Positions 19,425-28,987 of a DNA stretch of 64,000 nt are shown in pieces; positions within the stretch are counted from its first letter, which is position 1, and every line of letters begins with the position of its first letter. Source of the DNA: an uncultured Chlorobiaceae bacterium (lineage in GTDB: Bacteria > Bacteroidota > Ignavibacteria > UBA10030 > SZUA-254); contig CAZEJT010000005.1 of assembly GCA_964512655.1 (NCBI GenBank), positions 135,559 to 199,558 of the forward strand, in the 5' to 3' direction. The notes under the pieces were generated by a model. It was given only the letters and a program-made list of their open reading frames with translations. It ran no database searches and had not been told where the DNA came from. The position numbers and the translations under genes were made by a program.

Positions 19425-22075
19425 ACGGTCTGCGATTTCCGCCCGAGCTCTTCTTTGATCGCGGCGAGAAGCTTTTCTGTCGTGTACGGTTTCGGCAAAA
19501 TACGCGTGACCCCGATCTCTGCCGCCTCCGCAGCTTTGCCGGCGGTCATCAATCCGCTTGTTGCGATGATTCTCACATCCGGATTCATCTTTTGAAGCGC
19601 GCGGATAGCGAGAGGTCCGTCCATGTAGGGCATCATCATGTCCATCAATACGACTTTCACTTTTTTCCTGTGGCTTGCATATGCCGCAAGGGCCTCCGTG
19701 CCGTCTCTTGCGGTCACTACCTTGTATCCATTCGCTTCGAGCGTCGCTTTCGTGATCGAGAGGATGGCGCTCTCGTCATCCACCACCAGAACGAGCTCGC
19801 CCTTCCCCTTCATCGATACGCGCCTCTGTTCCTGGATCCAGGACCTGTCGCCTCCGAGCGCCGGCAGATAGATGCTGAAGGTTGTTCCGCGTCCCGGCTC
19901 GCTGTACACTCCCAGGAATCCGCCGTGGCTTCTCACAATAGAGAGGGCTGTGGAAAGTCCGAGGCCGGTTCCTTTGCCCGGTTCCTTCGTCGTAAAAAAC
20001 GGCTCAAATATTTTGTCCATCACCTCGGGCTTCATCCCTGCGCCGGTATCGGACATCTTGATGAGAACGTGGGGGCCCGGCTTTGCCTCGATATGCATCC
20101 GGGCAAACTGATCGTCGAGGCGGATGTTCTCCGCATGGAATGAGATAGTTCCGCCCGCCGGCATCGCATCCCGGGCGTTCAGGCACAGGTTCAGGAGTAC
20201 CTGATGCAGCTGTGTTGGATCTCCCGAGACGGTCCACACATCGGAAGGAATTGATGATTTTGCTTTGATGGCCTTCGGAAACGTCTCGCGAACGATCTTT
20301 TCAACTTCCTTCACCAAGTGGCCGATCTTGAGCGGGGACCGCTCGACCTCGACGCCGCGGGCAAACGTCAACACCTGGTGGACGATATCGGCCCCCCGTT
20401 TCGCGTTCTGCTCGATCATTTTGATGAGGGGCTTCCGCAGTTTGGGATCCTTGCTCCCGCGGAGCGTCTCCGCGGCAAGCGTAATCGGCGTGAGCACGTT
20501 GTTGAGGTCGTGGGCCACCCCGCTTGCGAGAGTTCCGATGCTCTCGAGGCGCTGTGCGCGGTAAAACTGCGCCTGGAGAGTCGTTTGTTCGGTGATGTCG
20601 GAGTTAATCGCCAGAACCGATTTCGGTTTTCCATCCCGGTCCCGGACAAGCGTCCAGCGGCTCTCAACCGTAACTTCTTTGCCCGACCTGGTGCGCTGTT
20701 TGAGATTCCCTCTCCACTCACCCTTCTCATTGATGCTCTGAAACGCCTCGGCTACGATCGCGGGCCCCTCCCGGAACAATAAGTTCAGAACTTCCTTACC
20801 CACCGCCTCTTCGGCGGACCATCCGTAGAGCTCCTCCGCTCCCTTGTTCCAGTAGCGGATAACGTTTCCCATATCAGTCAAGATAATGGCATCGTGCGCC
20901 TTGTCAAGGAGAGTTGCCTGCTCCATGATGACTTCCTCCGACTGCTTCCGATGCAATTCCATCGCAGCCCGTGCCGCGAAAATGCCGATGATAGACCTCG
21001 CCCGCTTCTCATTGACGAGCGGTTTATCGTCGACGACGTACATGTGCCCGATGGTCTTCCCGGAAGGTTCGAACAGAGGCACGCCCAGATAGCAGACGGC
21101 GCCGATCTTTGGGAGAAACGTATTTTCGGGGAACGAAGCCTGGACGTTTTCGGGATAGAAGCACATTTTCCGGTCGTTCAACACCACCTCACAGGGGGTG
21201 TGCGCGATCTCATATACGAACGACTGCTCCAGATGGTCGTCTGCCCAGCGCGCCAGGACCCTCGCCCGCTTCATTTCCTCGTCGATGCACTCCGCGACGG
21301 TGGCGAACCGGACATCAAGAGCGTGCGCGAGGTGCCGGACGAGCGCCGGAAAGAACTCGTCCGAGGTTACGGCGGCGGTGCCGGAGACCAGATTCTGGAG
21401 GGCCTCCTCTGCCTGTTTTCTCTGAAGTTCCATCGCCGCGCGCGCCGCGAAAATGCTGATGATCGATTTCGCGTGTTCGGGATCGGCGAGAGGCTTGACA
21501 TCGATGACGAAGAGATGTCCGAGCGTCTTTCCGTCGCTGTCAAAGAGGGGGCACCCCAGGTAGCACTGGGCCCCGATCTCAACGAGCGCGGTTTCTTTGG
21601 GGAAGAGTTCCTGGACATGGTCGGGGTAATAACAGAGCTTCCCCTGATTGAGCACCGCTTCGCATGTTGTATCTTTCGTGTCGTATTCAAAATTCTCGTC
21701 CCATGTGTCTCCCACCCACCAGGCAAGGGATCGCACACGCTCGGCTCTTCGATTCACACACTCAGACACAAGCGCATATCGGACTCCAAGGGAGAGGGCG
21801 AGGTGGCGGACGAGGGCGGGGAAGAATTCCTCGCCGGTTACGGTGGCAGTCCCCGCAACAAGTTCCTTAAGGGCCTCATCGGTGCGCTCTCGGACTTTGA
21901 TGTCCTGTTGAAGCTGCTCAATTCTCCTCTCGAGCTCAATGGTCCTTGCTTCAAGAAGACGGTACTCCTCTCCTGACCGCCCCGGGAATTCCTGGGATGC
22001 CCGTGGACGTTCGGCGGCTTGCGCTTTTCTATCGCTCGTGTTCGGTTCCACTGAAAGCGGAATCTTTTCCTTCAA
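19421..22075 (-). CDS. hybrid sensor histidine kinase (2x GAF-like, PAS, HisKA, HATPase, C-terminal receiver)
   Basis: N-terminal coiled coil, then a duplicated ~165-aa GAF-like module, a PAS module, the H-box GVAHDLNNVLTPI, a HATPase_c region (DTGAGM, GTGLGLS) and a receiver (LVLVVDDE...VLMDMMMPYMDG). Confidence 0.8.
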   Translation of the reverse strand: MKEKIPLSVEPNTSDRKAQAAERPRASQEFPGRSGEEYRLLEARTIELERRIEQLQQDIKVRERTDEALKELVAGTATVTGEEFFPALVRHLALSLGVRYALVSECVNRRAERVRSLAWWVGDTWDENFEYDTKDTTCEAVLNQGKLCYYPDHVQELFPKETALVEIGAQCYLGCPLFDSDGKTLGHLFVIDVKPLADPEHAKSIISIFAARAAMELQRKQAEEALQNLVSGTAAVTSDEFFPALVRHLAHALDVRFATVAECIDEEMKRARVLARWADDHLEQSFVYEIAHTPCEVVLNDRKMCFYPENVQASFPENTFLPKIGAVCYLGVPLFEPSGKTIGHMYVVDDKPLVNEKRARSIIGIFAARAAMELHRKQSEEVIMEQATLLDKAHDAIILTDMGNVIRYWNKGAEELYGWSAEEAVGKEVLNLLFREGPAIVAEAFQSINEKGEWRGNLKQRTRSGKEVTVESRWTLVRDRDGKPKSVLAINSDITEQTTLQAQFYRAQRLESIGTLASGVAHDLNNVLTPITLAAETLRGSKDPKLRKPLIKMIEQNAKRGADIVHQVLTFARGVEVERSPLKIGHLVKEVEKIVRETFPKAIKAKSSIPSDVWTVSGDPTQLHQVLLNLCLNARDAMPAGGTISFHAENIRLDDQFARMHIEAKPGPHVLIKMSDTGAGMKPEVMDKIFEPFFTTKEPGKGTGLGLSTALSIVRSHGGFLGVYSEPGRGTTFSIYLPALGGDRSWIQEQRRVSMKGKGELVLVVDDESAILSITKATLEANGYKVVTARDGTEALAAYASHRKKVKVVLMDMMMPYMDGPLAIRALQKMNPDVRIIATSGLMTAGKAAEAAEIGVTRILPKPYTTEKLLAAIKEELGRKSQTV

Positions 22076-22228
22076 AGCCTTTTGATAAGCCGAATTCGAT
22101 GAGGGGGTGATGCTGTGAGCAATGCAATCTAAAGAAGTGGGTCTGAATTACCAAATAAGGCGTCCAGGAATTAGTTTCCCGTCACGCACCTTGCCACAAT
22201 ATCGAGCCCGAGATCCTACTTCCCTGCT

Positions 22229-23242
22229 CTACCCTCTGAGCGACCAGAGCGTGGTGAAGAAGAGGATCATCCGGTAAACCTTCAGAATGTATATGACTGC
22301 CAGGGCTGAGATGACTCCTTTTACGAGCGCCGGGACCAGTGGCTCATCGTACACTCGCCGGCCGCCACTCCCGAAATACCATGTAGAGACAAGGAACGCC
22401 GCCGACGACGATGCGAATTCAATAGCCTGCCAACCTATCGGGATCTGCGAGCCCGAAGAAAGGTTTATCACGAGCTCCGTGAGTACAAGGAGCACGGTCG
22501 TAATGATCAGCCAGAACGCGAAGAAATGGAGCGAGAACACCAGATGCTCAACGTAGTACTTTCTTGCTCTCCTATACACCAGCGCGAGTACGATGGCCAG
22601 CATCGGCACCATGAGGATTACCATCGACTTGGCATGAGTGACGGAGATTTGATCGAACTTCTGCTCGAACTCGGTCAGGCCCATGTTGGTCTTAGCCATC
22701 GCTCCTTCGACGAACCGGCGGGCTAATGGGCTGTAGAATTCATCGTTGAGATGCGTGGCGAGAGACGTCGTGAGGTTATTCCAGCCGATTAACGGCTGAA
22801 GGAGAAAATAGAGCACGTTGACGAGGAGGAATAGCTGCAGCGGACCGATGTGAAACTTCCTTCTTCCAACAAGGTATTCGAAAGTCAGGGAACCGGGCTT
22901 TGTGAGCAGAAGCCGAACGCTCCTAAAGAAATTGGCGTCCACATGCGTGAACGCTTCGATGGCATGCTTTACAAAATGCTTGAGCGAATAGTCGTGCTCC
23001 TCGAGCCGCTTCTCGCCACAGTTCCAGCAGTATGTGCCGGCCAACGGTTTTCCACACGTAACGCATTCTGCCGAACGGTCTGGAGCCAGGACGGGCACCT
23101 CCGGAGCGGACGAGTTTGTCGCCCGGGGGACCGGGGACGCCGCGGAGATTGATGGTGTCGCCACGGGTCTTCGCGATCCACGAATCGGCATAGCAGGGGT
23201 TGAGTCCATCAGATCGTGCAACGAGGATGCAGAATGATCCAT
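22229..23242 (-). CDS. membrane protein, DUF3667-like
   Basis: An N-terminal double CxxC (CVTCGKP...YCWNCGEK) is followed by several TM helices. The pattern matches DUF3667 from memory. The start is ambiguous between 23242 and 23293. Confidence 0.45.
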   Translation of the reverse strand: MDHSASSLHDLMDSTPAMPIRGSRRPVATPSISAASPVPRATNSSAPEVPVLAPDRSAECVTCGKPLAGTYCWNCGEKRLEEHDYSLKHFVKHAIEAFTHVDANFFRSVRLLLTKPGSLTFEYLVGRRKFHIGPLQLFLLVNVLYFLLQPLIGWNNLTTSLATHLNDEFYSPLARRFVEGAMAKTNMGLTEFEQKFDQISVTHAKSMVILMVPMLAIVLALVYRRARKYYVEHLVFSLHFFAFWLIITTVLLVLTELVINLSSGSQIPIGWQAIEFASSSAAFLVSTWYFGSGGRRVYDEPLVPALVKGVISALAVIYILKVYRMILFFTTLWSLRG

Positions 23243-23246
23243 GAGT

Positions 23247-23822
23247 TCAAAGCGTACGGAGAACCCGGCACGGAGTCCCGGCAGCCACAACATTTGAAGG
23301 GATATTCTTCGTCACCACGCTCCCCGCTCCGATCGTTGTATTGTTGCCGATTGTTATTCCGGGACAGAGAATGGTCCCTCCGCCAATCCACACGTTGCTT
23401 CCGATCTCTATGGGAGCGGCAAGCTCAAGACCCTTGCGCCGTTCCACAGGCTCGATCGGGTGATAAGCGGTGTATATTTGTACCGAAGGACCTATGAGTG
23501 TTCCCTCGCCAATTCTTACCTCGTTGCAATCCAGGATTATGCAATTGAAGTTCAGATAGGCGCCGGGTCCCAGCGAGATGTTAAACCCGTAATCGCAGTA
23601 GAATGGCGGCTCTATCCAAACGCGTTCGCCCACCTTGCCGAACAGCTCGCGAAGGATCGGCTCTCTTATCTCTCGTGACTGACCGAAGCTCTCGTTCAGG
23701 CGCTTTAGGAGTATTCGGGCCCGGAGCTGGGCTGCGGCCAGTTCCGGGTCGTTCGCATCGTACAGCTCCCCCCTCAACATCTTTAACTTTTCAGTTTCGT
23801 TGACGCGCTTCTCTGGCATGCG
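23247..23822 (-). CDS. sugar O-acetyltransferase (maltose/galactoside acetyltransferase family, hexapeptide repeat)
   Basis: The N-terminus (MPEKRVNETEKLKMLRGELYDANDPEL) and the C-terminal hexapeptide repeats (IGNNTTIGAGSVVTKNIP) are typical of Maa/LacA-type acetyltransferases. The internal Met at 23822 gives the canonical ~190-aa length. Confidence 0.75.
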   Translation of the reverse strand, partial: RMPEKRVNETEKLKMLRGELYDANDPELAAAQLRARILLKRLNESFGQSREIREPILRELFGKVGERVWIEPPFYCDYGFNISLGPGAYLNFNCIILDCNEVRIGEGTLIGPSVQIYTAYHPIEPVERRKGLELAAPIEIGSNVWIGGGTILCPGITIGNNTTIGAGSVVTKNIPSNVVAAGTPCRVLRTL

Positions 23823-23935
23823 TGATCGAGATTGATCTGCGACAATCCCCTCTCCATTTTGACCGGCGATCTGCGATGGCCTGCTATGCATTAGCACGAG
23901 TTCCATCGAACTATGGCACTTGCGATGCCGGGCAC

Positions 23936-25576
23936 CTATTTACTGCCCAGGAGTTGCGGATTGAGGTTGATACCTGTTCCGCGGATGTTGGTCCGAATGC
24001 AGTAGAGTCCGGTCTTTGCGCAGAGGAACAATGTCTTCCCGTCGTCTCCACCCCATGCCATGTTGTGAGGATGCTCAGGCCCTGTGAATGTACCCAGAAG
24101 CTTTCCTTCAGGGGAGAGGACCCACACTCCGCCGGGGCCCGACACGAACAGATTACCCCGCACATCTACTTTCATTCCGTCGAGCGCATCCTCTCCGGGA
24201 GTGCCCGTCATGTCAAAAAACTGCGCGCCATTCGAGAGGCTTCCGTCCTTGCTCACCTCGTACTTCATCACCACTTTCTTCTTCTCGTCCCAGTTGCACA
24301 CATAGAGATATTTCTCGTCCGGAGAGAAAGCGAGGCCGTTCGGTCCTTTGAAGTCTGTTGAGACCGGCTTCAATACGCCGTCCTTCAGACAGAAGACTCC
24401 TTCGAAGGGTAACTCCTTGCGCGGATCATCATAGAACTTTGGGAGGCCGAAGGGTGGATCCGTGAAGTATAGCGCTCCATCGGATCGATACACGAGATCG
24501 TTCGGGCTGTTCAGCCGCTTCCCATCGTACCGGTCCGCTAGAATGGTGATCTGGCCGTTCTTTTCCAGGCGGGTCACCCGGCGATTGCCGTGTTCATTGA
24601 TCGTAAGCCGTCCTTCGCGGTCGAGCGTGAGACCGTTCGATCCCGGCTGGCCGTACTCCGCAACATCGAACCCCGAGTATCCGCTCTTCGTCCGGAATAC
24701 CGTCACCTGCCCGTCCTGAGACCAGCGATAAATCTTGTTGGCATTCGGATCGCTGAACAAGAGATATCCGTCTGGATGCCACACCGGTCCTTCCGTGAAC
24801 TGGAATCCGCCGGCAAGTTTTTGAATCTTTGTGCCCGGGGAGATGATTTCGTCGAGCGACGGATCGTTCTTGTTTATCTCTGTAGCCACCTCCGCACCCA
24901 CCGGCGAGGTCCTGTAAAAGTCGAGCGTGGCTGAACGAATCCAGATGAAATTGCCGGGAGGGTTCGACAACGGCCCGTTCACGCCGAAGAGAGCGAGCTG
25001 AATCTTCTGGCCCGGCTTCACGTTTCTCCCCACCACCACCCGGTTGGGGGAATTGAAACCCTTGATTAACTGTCCGCCTGCCTGGCCAAGCACGAGAGGG
25101 AGTTTCCCGTCCACCCAGATCTCCGCATAATCGTCGACGACAACCTCAAAGACGACGGTCGATCCCTGAGCATCGAAGTTCGCGATCTTATCAGGGATTG
25201 TCACATTGATGCGGTACCAGTTGAAGCAGAGCTTTCCCGTCGAGCGCCTCGCGTCGAGCGTTGTGGGTTCAATTGCCTGCCACTTTGAGTCGTCAAAGTC
25301 CACCGCTCCGGCGTGCGGCGTGATATCATTCGTTCTGCTTGGCGCACCCGAGGGCTTTAGATCCGGACCAACCATCTTGTGATCGACCTCGATAATCTTC
25401 GCGTCGCTGTAACGCCACTCCCCCCTCACAAGGCTCACACCCTCCTTCGTTGCAAGATTGATGATGGCCTGAGGATTTCCGGAAGATGGTACGTCCTGCG
25501 TTGTCTGCCCCAATGCCCGTGCAAGACCGACAAGGAGGGATGCGAGTGCAAATAACACGAGTATCTGTCTCTTCAT
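23936..25576 (-). CDS. periplasmic SMP-30/gluconolactonase/LRE-family beta-propeller protein with N-terminal galactose-binding-like domain
   Basis: A signal peptide (MKRQILVLFALASLLVGLARALGQ) precedes a ~230-aa N-terminal jelly-roll-like region (DDSKWQAIEP...). The C-terminal ~300 aa carry SMP-30/gluconolactonase-type motifs (FTEGPVWHPDGYLLFSD, NGLAFSPD). Confidence 0.6.
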   Translation of the reverse strand: MKRQILVLFALASLLVGLARALGQTTQDVPSSGNPQAIINLATKEGVSLVRGEWRYSDAKIIEVDHKMVGPDLKPSGAPSRTNDITPHAGAVDFDDSKWQAIEPTTLDARRSTGKLCFNWYRINVTIPDKIANFDAQGSTVVFEVVVDDYAEIWVDGKLPLVLGQAGGQLIKGFNSPNRVVVGRNVKPGQKIQLALFGVNGPLSNPPGNFIWIRSATLDFYRTSPVGAEVATEINKNDPSLDEIISPGTKIQKLAGGFQFTEGPVWHPDGYLLFSDPNANKIYRWSQDGQVTVFRTKSGYSGFDVAEYGQPGSNGLTLDREGRLTINEHGNRRVTRLEKNGQITILADRYDGKRLNSPNDLVYRSDGALYFTDPPFGLPKFYDDPRKELPFEGVFCLKDGVLKPVSTDFKGPNGLAFSPDEKYLYVCNWDEKKKVVMKYEVSKDGSLSNGAQFFDMTGTPGEDALDGMKVDVRGNLFVSGPGGVWVLSPEGKLLGTFTGPEHPHNMAWGGDDGKTLFLCAKTGLYCIRTNIRGTGINLNPQLLGSK

Positions 25577-25595
25577 GGCTCTTTTTCCCCCGGGA

Positions 25596-26510
25596 CTAAC
25601 GTGCTTTGACGACATAGTACGTAATCGGAGCGGGCACTTCCTTGAACCAGTGCGGCGTTCCGGCCGGGACGATGATTACATCGCCTTTCGAGATTGTTCT
25701 CGTCTCACCGCCCGTGATTTCTTTTCCTCTGATTTCATCGGGAGCCGTCGGTTTGCCTTCGACAACCGTTCCTCCCGTCACAAAAATGGCTGATCCATCC
25801 TGCACGTAAATGATGTCTGCGTCTTTCTCGTGCACTTCCGCCATCCCTGCCGATTCCCGCCTGCTTGTGTGGACCATGTACTTGCTGCTGTTGTCGAACA
25901 GGACCGCCCCCTTCTCAAACGAGCTTTTCACTCGTTCTTTGTCAAAAAAGGCCACGGCCGGACGCTTCGCGTCCTCAACCGATGTCATGGAGTTGAGACC
26001 CGGCGGCGAAATCGCTCCGCTCGAAGGCGAGAGCATGGAACCGGCAGCGGCGGCGGCAAGCGCGATATCGTTGTCTCGCAGAGCGCTGTTCGCGCCGCTC
26101 ACGCCCACGGCTCCGATAATCTGTCCGCTGACCGTGATGGGCACCCCTCCCTGAAGAGGTGTGAAATCCTGCAGGGCGGTCATCGCCGTGCGCCCCTTGT
26201 TGATGACTTCTTCGAAGAACGATGTCGGCTTTTTGAAGATCGCGGCAGTTCGGGCTTTGCCGATCGAGATATTTGATGCGGCGGCAAATGTGTTGTCGAT
26301 CTTCTCGAGATAGACGAGATTTCCCCCGTCATCCACAATCGCTATCGCTCCGCCGGAGTTATCTTTCTTCGCTTCCGCCTCACCGGCAGCAACGATCTTC
26401 TTCGCCGCTTCCAACGAAATAAATGGCTTGGATCCGAGCTGAGCATTGCCGGTGCTTAAGAGAAACAGTGTACTCAGCACGGCAAGAACACAATTGATTA
26501 CAATTCTCAT
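25596..26510 (-). CDS. secreted GlcG/HbpS-like (DUF336) domain fused to C-terminal cupin domain
   Basis: A signal peptide precedes an N-terminal half with the GlcG-like pattern (SLEAAKKIVAAGEAEAKK...GAIAIVDDGGNLVY...GGVPI..GQIIGAVGVSGA). The C-terminal half looks cupin-like (HEKDADIIYVQDGSA...GDVIIVPAGTPHWF). Confidence 0.5.
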   Translation of the reverse strand: MRIVINCVLAVLSTLFLLSTGNAQLGSKPFISLEAAKKIVAAGEAEAKKDNSGGAIAIVDDGGNLVYLEKIDNTFAAASNISIGKARTAAIFKKPTSFFEEVINKGRTAMTALQDFTPLQGGVPITVSGQIIGAVGVSGANSALRDNDIALAAAAAGSMLSPSSGAISPPGLNSMTSVEDAKRPAVAFFDKERVKSSFEKGAVLFDNSSKYMVHTSRRESAGMAEVHEKDADIIYVQDGSAIFVTGGTVVEGKPTAPDEIRGKEITGGETRTISKGDVIIVPAGTPHWFKEVPAPITYYVVKAR

Positions 26511-26581
26511 GGTAAAACTCTCCTTTGTTCTTAGTACTGCGTGTGTCTTGGTTAGGATTGTTATGCCGCTGTTCTTGATTT

Positions 26582-26932
26582 TCAGAACCCAGCCTCGCCG
26601 AGAACCGCCTCAGCCCAGGCGCACCAGACCTGCACCTTCGCCACGTCGGCGATGTAGGCCGGGAGATTGATTGTCTTGTTGACCTTGTCGCCGTCGATGG
26701 CGAGCCTGTTCAGCAGATACGCATTGCCGCGCGAATCTACCACGCGCCAGTGAGGATCGGGTGTTCCCGGCACGACGAAATCGTCGGAAAGCGTCAGCGA
26801 GATCTTCCCTCCCATCTTCGATTGCACAACCGTCCCGATCTTAACCACTTCTCCCGAAAACGGCATACTCGTCACGGCCACGGTCGTCATCGCTTCCATT
26901 CTCCCGATCATTGCGTCGTTCATTGAACTCAT
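26582..26932 (-). CDS. stand-alone DM13-like domain protein
   Basis: An AGGAG RBS sits upstream of the ATG at 26932, 16 nt downstream of the aquaporin stop. The C-terminus (KVQVWCAWAEAVLGEAGF) and the HWRVVDSRGNAYLL segment parallel the DM13-like repeats of the 6417-7322 ORF. Confidence 0.45.
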   Translation of the reverse strand: MSSMNDAMIGRMEAMTTVAVTSMPFSGEVVKIGTVVQSKMGGKISLTLSDDFVVPGTPDPHWRVVDSRGNAYLLNRLAIDGDKVNKTINLPAYIADVAKVQVWCAWAEAVLGEAGF

Positions 26933-26948
26933 AAGTAATACTCCTCTG

Positions 26949-27752
26949 TCAGAGTGTTTGGTTGATGTGAGTGCTGGCATTCTGCCTGCTCTCCTCGCCG
27001 CAAAAGATACAGCGCTTGTTGTTTTGATGATGAAGCTTCGCACATCCAACATGCGAACCCAATCTTCGGTACACTTCGCTTGCAGCCAGCATTCCTATGG
27101 GCGGCGCAAGAAAATAGATCCACAGGGGCGCGTAGAGATGGGCCGGAAGGGCCGATGCCAGTGTGCGCGCGGGGTTCATGCTCATGCCGGATAACGGCGA
27201 TTCAAACGTTATGAATAACGCTACCAGCCCCCCTGCTGCTATTCCTGTTTTTCGGGCATACCGTTCGTTGTTGGAAACGCGGAGAACTACCGACATCAGG
27301 ATGAAGGAGATGATAATCTCGGCCCCGAAAGCAATTGCAACTCCCTGAGGGCCCGGGAATGTGGCCGCATATTGCACCGAGGGATCGGCCAGAGCCGAAC
27401 CCAGCAGGAATCCGGCAATCGTTATCCCTGCGAATCCCCCGACGAACTGAGCGCCGCAATAGAAGAGCGCGTCCCATCTACGAATTTTCCCGGACCGTAG
27501 AAATGTCAGCGTTACAGCGGGATTGAAGTGCGCCCCGGATTGCTTTCCCCACGGCGAGTAGATAATGGCGATTGCCGTTGAGCCCATCGCAAGTCCGGTC
27601 ACCGCCCTCCTGAGAAAAGGATTGCCGATCGCGCTGAACATGAACGAGCTCGGATGCTGTATCAAGACGGTAAAGAAGGCCGCGGAGATCATGAAGATCC
27701 CCAGCTCGGCACCCTCCATCAGGTATTCAGGCCAGTGTTTCGAGAGGGACAT
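26949..27752 (-). CDS. MIP-family aquaporin/aquaglyceroporin with Cys/His-rich C-terminal tail
   Basis: Both NPA signature motifs (HFNPAVT and SMNPARTL) and six hydrophobic segments are present. An unusual ~35-aa C-terminal extension contains C..H..CxxC (HVGCAKLHHQNNKRCIFCGEE). Confidence 0.85.
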   Translation of the reverse strand: MSLSKHWPEYLMEGAELGIFMISAAFFTVLIQHPSSFMFSAIGNPFLRRAVTGLAMGSTAIAIIYSPWGKQSGAHFNPAVTLTFLRSGKIRRWDALFYCGAQFVGGFAGITIAGFLLGSALADPSVQYAATFPGPQGVAIAFGAEIIISFILMSVVLRVSNNERYARKTGIAAGGLVALFITFESPLSGMSMNPARTLASALPAHLYAPLWIYFLAPPIGMLAASEVYRRLGSHVGCAKLHHQNNKRCIFCGEESRQNASTHINQTL

Positions 27753-27793
27753 CCTTATCCCGTAATCGTCCTTAATCGCGCTTGCTGATTGGA

Positions 27794-28003
27794 TCATTCA
27801 ACCGGAGAGATTAAGATGCCTAGCCCTGGAGACCCTGACACCGTCCGGTACCTGGGCTCAGAAAGTTCAACGGCTTCAATGCCACTCGCCACCGCATATT
27901 CGTAGTCACGGAGCGAGAAAGGCATATTGCCGACGACGATCTGTTCCAGCTCAAAAGGAACCTCGTCGCTTCTGTCGAACTCGATATCTTCGTATACTGT
28001 CAT
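27794..28003 (-). CDS. small hypothetical protein (69 aa)
   Basis: The ORF fills the gap between the thioredoxin and aquaporin genes on the same strand and is acidic. It may not be real. Confidence 0.25.
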   Translation of the reverse strand: MTVYEDIEFDRSDEVPFELEQIVVGNMPFSLRDYEYAVASGIEAVELSEPRYRTVSGSPGLGILISPVE

Positions 28004-28112
28004 GAGAGCTCCTCCTGTCTCAGTTGCTCAGCCGTGTGGTTGGTACGATTCTGTGATGTTTTCAGGAAGATACGGCTGCGAGGTAACAGGAAGATCACGA
28101 ATGTGGAACGAA

Positions 28113-28667
28113 TCAGTTACTTTCTTCCGCGATCAGCGATCGGATCGAGCGTTCGGTTTGCTCGTAGTTTCCCTCTCCGATCTGAACGTAGCGTATGATT
28201 CCTTTCTTGTCGATTAGATAGAGGACCGGCCAGAACTGTTGGTGATACGCCTCCCAGGTGTTGTAGTCATTATCGGTAACGACCGCGTAGTGGATCCCGA
28301 ATTTTGCGATTGCCCGTTTCACATTATCAAAATCTTTCTCCCGATCGAACTCCGGAGTATGAACGCCGATGATTTCGAACTGGTCCCCGGCATATTTCTT
28401 TTGCCAGTTGTTGATGGCCGGAATTGTATTCCGGCAGTTGTAACACCCATACGTCCAGAATTCGAGCAAGACAACCTTGCCCTTTAGGGACGAGAGTTTC
28501 TGAGGGACAGAGTTGACCCATTCTCCTTCAGACAACTCAGGAGCTCTCTTACCGATCCATGCATCGCCGGCATCGTCCTCATTGCTGAGAATTCTGTGGT
28601 GTGAGAAGGCGGTTCTGAACATGAGTGCCGCCATCAGGATGGCCGACGCGATGAGTATTCTGGTCAT
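28113..28667 (-). CDS. TlpA/ResA-like periplasmic thiol-disulfide oxidoreductase (thioredoxin fold)
   Basis: An N-terminal signal/TM anchor is followed by the CxxC active site in a WTYGCYNCRN context. The ~180-aa length is typical of TlpA-like redoxins. Confidence 0.75.
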   Translation of the reverse strand: MTRILIASAILMAALMFRTAFSHHRILSNEDDAGDAWIGKRAPELSEGEWVNSVPQKLSSLKGKVVLLEFWTYGCYNCRNTIPAINNWQKKYAGDQFEIIGVHTPEFDREKDFDNVKRAIAKFGIHYAVVTDNDYNTWEAYHQQFWPVLYLIDKKGIIRYVQIGEGNYEQTERSIRSLIAEESN

Positions 28668-28987
28668 ATCTGTCCCGGGAGATTCAAACGATACGATTGC
28701 AATAGTAGAACTTAGCGATAAAAGGTCACGCGAAGGTCACGGCCGGGTGAATTCCGGATATATATAGAGGCCGGGAGTTCGCTGTTTCCGCCCTTGGAAC
28801 GGAGAAAGTGGCTTGCCATAGAGTGGTCGGAGAAGGTGTGGCTGGTTTGCGGGGTGAAGAGCGGCCGGCCGGAGGGCTCTGACGGCCTAAACGAAAGCCC
28901 TGATTTGTCGTCACGGATCTAATACATGCTCGAACAACCGGGCCCCGAGGCATGCCGCCCTGGGGCCCAGTTTCATTTCCACGACAT

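Noticed and set aside
19592-21976. Long plus-strand ORFs (for example 20894-21976 at 360 aa and 19592-20143 at 183 aa) antisense to the hybrid histidine kinase
   Set aside because: They sit opposite a well-supported kinase with clear domain motifs. High GC suppresses stop codons on the antisense strand. They have no recognisable motifs and an Arg/Gly/Pro-rich composition typical of spurious GC-rich ORFs.
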